Source: an uncultured Gemmataceae bacterium (GTDB lineage Bacteria > Planctomycetota > Planctomycetia > Gemmatales > Gemmataceae). From it: a DNA stretch of 64,000 nucleotides. Made by a program: the position numbers and the translations under genes. The stretch lies in assembly GCA_963750165.1 (NCBI GenBank), contig CAVVPN010000011.1:480001-544000 (forward strand), in the 5' to 3' direction. Of this stretch, positions 61,831 to 64,000 are shown piece after piece (position 1 is the stretch's first letter; every line of letters starts with the position of its first letter). Below the pieces are notes generated by a model that saw only the letters and a list, made by a program, of their open reading frames with translations, was not told where the DNA came from and did not search any database.

Positions 61831-62343
61831 TTATTTCGCCTGACTCTTCCGCATGAAAGCGCCGCGTTCCGGTTCCTCATGGTACTGGCCCGCCTCCAGC
61901 GCCTTGACGAAGTCCTCCAGCCACGCCTTCAGCGACGGGGCAATCGCCTTGTGCTCGGTGTTGGCCAGGTAGTACGCCCGCACGGGCGCCGGCCTCCTGG
62001 TCGTGTCCAGGCAGAGGTAATCGCCCTCGTCGTCATCGAGGAACGGCACCCACTGCGGGCTCCAGCCGGTCTCCTCCGCCCCCTCGTCCAGGTCGGCCCT
62101 GGCCGCGGCGATGCGCTCGGCGCTCATCAGCAGCCAGTTCTCCTCGAAGCGGCCCGCGGACGCCGATGTCTGGCCGTCGTGCCAGGTCAACAAGGTCCGC
62201 AACTCGTCCGGCAACGGTGTGCCGAGGGCCTTCTCCAGTTTCGCCAGCAGCGCCTCCGAGGCGCCGCGCCGCAGCCCTTTGGTGAAGAAACGCTTGCGGT
62301 GCGCGGCAAGCCAGCGCTCCAGGCGTTGCAATATCTCGTCCAT
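61831..62343 (-). CDS. SMI1/KNR4 (SUKH) family protein
   Basis: GASEA..LEKALG..LPDEL..L..HDG, WVPF.DD..GDYLCLD, APSL..WL. Confidence 0.88.
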   Translation of the reverse strand: MDEILQRLERWLAAHRKRFFTKGLRRGASEALLAKLEKALGTPLPDELRTLLTWHDGQTSASAGRFEENWLLMSAERIAAARADLDEGAEETGWSPQWVPFLDDDEGDYLCLDTTRRPAPVRAYYLANTEHKAIAPSLKAWLEDFVKALEAGQYHEEPERGAFMRKSQAK

Positions 62344-62364
62344 GTGTCCGCTCCTTCCCTCACG

Positions 62365-63299
62365 TCAAGGCAGCTGGCCCCACGACGGCTGGCGCGGCGG
62401 CGTGCGCGGCTCCTTGACCCACTCGCCCGTTTCCGGGTCGAAGGTGAACACGGAGATGGTCGGCTGCAGCCCGAACAATGGCGGCTGCACCGGCTCCGGC
62501 GCTGCCCCTGCCGGCCGTAGCGGCGCCAGCGGAATCACCGGCACCGGGCCCGTCGCCGGCCGCACCGAGATTACCGGCACCGGCTCCTCGTCCAGGTAGT
62601 GCCGCCGCTGCCGCTCGCGCTCCAGCGCCTTGACGGCCATCAATTCCTGCTGGCCCGCCATGAACACGAACAACGCCAGCACCAGCAGCATCAGCCTGTC
62701 CGGACAGAATGCCCCAGACGGCGAACAGCACGAGGACGCCGAGACCGACGCCCACCGCCGTGCGCGTGGCCCGCACCATGCCCAGCGACGGCACCAGCAG
62801 CGAACGCAGAATCCGGCCGCCGTCCATGGGGAACGCCGGCAGCACGTTGAACAGCACCAGCCCGACGTTGATCAGGCACAGGCGGATCACAAACGCAGCC
62901 GCGAAATCGTCCGGCAACCGGGGGCCAGCCAGCGCGCGGGTTCGCCAGGAACAGCAGCACCGACGGCACGAGCAGCAGCGTCGCGATGACCACGTTGACG
63001 GCCGGGCCCGCCGCGGTGATCCAGAACTCCTTCCACCAGCGGTCGCCCATGCCGTCCAGCCGGGCGACGCCACCGATCGGGTACAGGGTGATGTCGCGCG
63101 TGGCGATGCCAAAGCCGCGCGCCGCCAGGGCGTGGCCGAACTCGTGCAGCAGGATGCAGCCGAACGCGCCGAAGACAACGACCACGTTCAACAGCGTTTC
63201 CGGGCCCGGCCTGAGCGCCACGAAGATCGGCAGTAGCCAGAAGGTCCAGTGAATGAACACGTCAATTTTGAAGTAGCGACCGATCCAAAGCGATCCCAT
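62365..63299 (-). CDS. Site-2 protease (M50 family); two frameshifts
   Basis: HEFGH, LYPIGGVA, AAGPAVN, FNVLPAFPMDGGRILR. Confidence 0.9.
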
Positions 63300-63559
63300 G
63301 AAGTCACCTGTCAGTTCAAGGTCGGGCGTGTGGGTGGGGCCGAAAACGCCGGCCTTGCCACATTCCCCCTTGATTAGAGGGTGCGAGCCGCGCAAGGGAT
63401 GCGGCCCGCGAGCGCTCATTCCACGAGAGGCACGGCGGCCGCCCACGGCGGAGGGTGGGCTGAACCTTTAGGCAGCCCTCGGCCCTCTATATATGGTAGC
63501 GGAGAAATGACCTCCAGGGAAACACCCCGATGGCGCTTGTCACGCCGAGGAGAAGTAAC

Positions 63560-64000
63560 ATGAAGCGGCAAAACAAGAAAAGCGAGAAAAGCGGACGGCG
63601 GATTCATCTGTGGTCGTTCGCCCAGGCCCAGGCGGCGGTGCCGTTGCTGCGGTCGATTGTCCAAACCTTACGCGATACCTGGCTCGAAGCGCTCACCCAC
63701 CATCACCGTGCTGAACGCCTGGCCGACAAGCCCGGCCGGCCCAACCGGGCCGCCCTCACCGCCCTCGACGACGAACGCCAGACGGCCGCGCGGGCCGAGT
63801 CGCAGTTCCACGTCACCCTGGACGAGCTGGAAGACCTCGACGTTTTTTGTGCGGACCCCCTCAACGGCCTGGCCGTCATCCCATTCCGGCAACACGATCA
63901 ACTCGCCTGGTTCGTCTTCGACCTGTTCGACGACGCCGGCCTTACCGCGTGGCGCTACGACGCCGACCCGTTGGAGACGCGGCACCCGCTGTCCGAGGTG
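63560..64000 (+). CDS. Hypothetical protein, DUF2203-like, runs off the window edge
   Basis: GAGGAG RBS; MKRQNKK..WSFAQAQAAVPLLRSIV...LDVFCADPLNGLAVIPF..LAWFVFDL; open to the end. Confidence 0.65.
   Translation, partial: MKRQNKKSEKSGRRIHLWSFAQAQAAVPLLRSIVQTLRDTWLEALTHHHRAERLADKPGRPNRAALTALDDERQTAARAESQFHVTLDELEDLDVFCADPLNGLAVIPFRQHDQLAWFVFDLFDDAGLTAWRYDADPLETRHPLSEV

Noticed and set aside
61831..62343. SMI1/KNR4 gene as part of a polymorphic toxin locus
   Set aside because: No adjacent toxin, RHS or secretion gene; it sits downstream of a site-2 protease as an orphan.
63300..63559. Structured ncRNA (SRP, 6S, tRNA) in this and other long intergenic gaps
   Set aside because: No T-loop GTTCGA cloverleaf or SRP domain IV motif was recognised; a covariance search would be needed to exclude it fully.

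Overview
High-GC bacterial chromosomal window. Gene content (YTV-type Cys-rich repeat protein, an fwdA/fhcA relic, DUF1570-like and Uma2 proteins, Ser/Thr kinase, pilin cassette) and the style of the palindromic repeats point to a planctomycete, probably Gemmataceae-like (inference). Contents: (1) housekeeping genes including hemF, pyrF, pyrB, a P-II gene, an aldehyde dehydrogenase, a UbiB-type kinase, larA, M48 and M50 proteases, ABC systems, a two-component pair and an ECF sigma factor; (2) a 16-kb type IV pilus/T2SS-like locus (37350-53397) with two PilB ATPases, PilT, PilC, five prepilins and a ~1370-aa PilX-like protein, where the five-pilin block is bracketed by inverted heptamer-repeat arrays; (3) a nested mobile-element hotspot (10.2-13.2 kb) with a complete ISL3 and 8-bp TSD, a REP-carrying MITE, a truncated IS630, a broken TA-like pair and an fwdA relic; (4) several unusual proteins: an ATP-cone NrdD-like pseudo-enzyme, a helical domain fused to EF-G domain IV, and secreted low-complexity repeat proteins; (5) a dense, varied set of intergenic palindromes (REP-like, 7-mer and 9-mer periodic). 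Many conserved genes carry single-base frameshifts, most likely long-read indel errors, so several CDS calls join ORF fragments. No rRNA, tRNA or CRISPR array was seen. All family assignments are by eye from motifs; no database searches were run.
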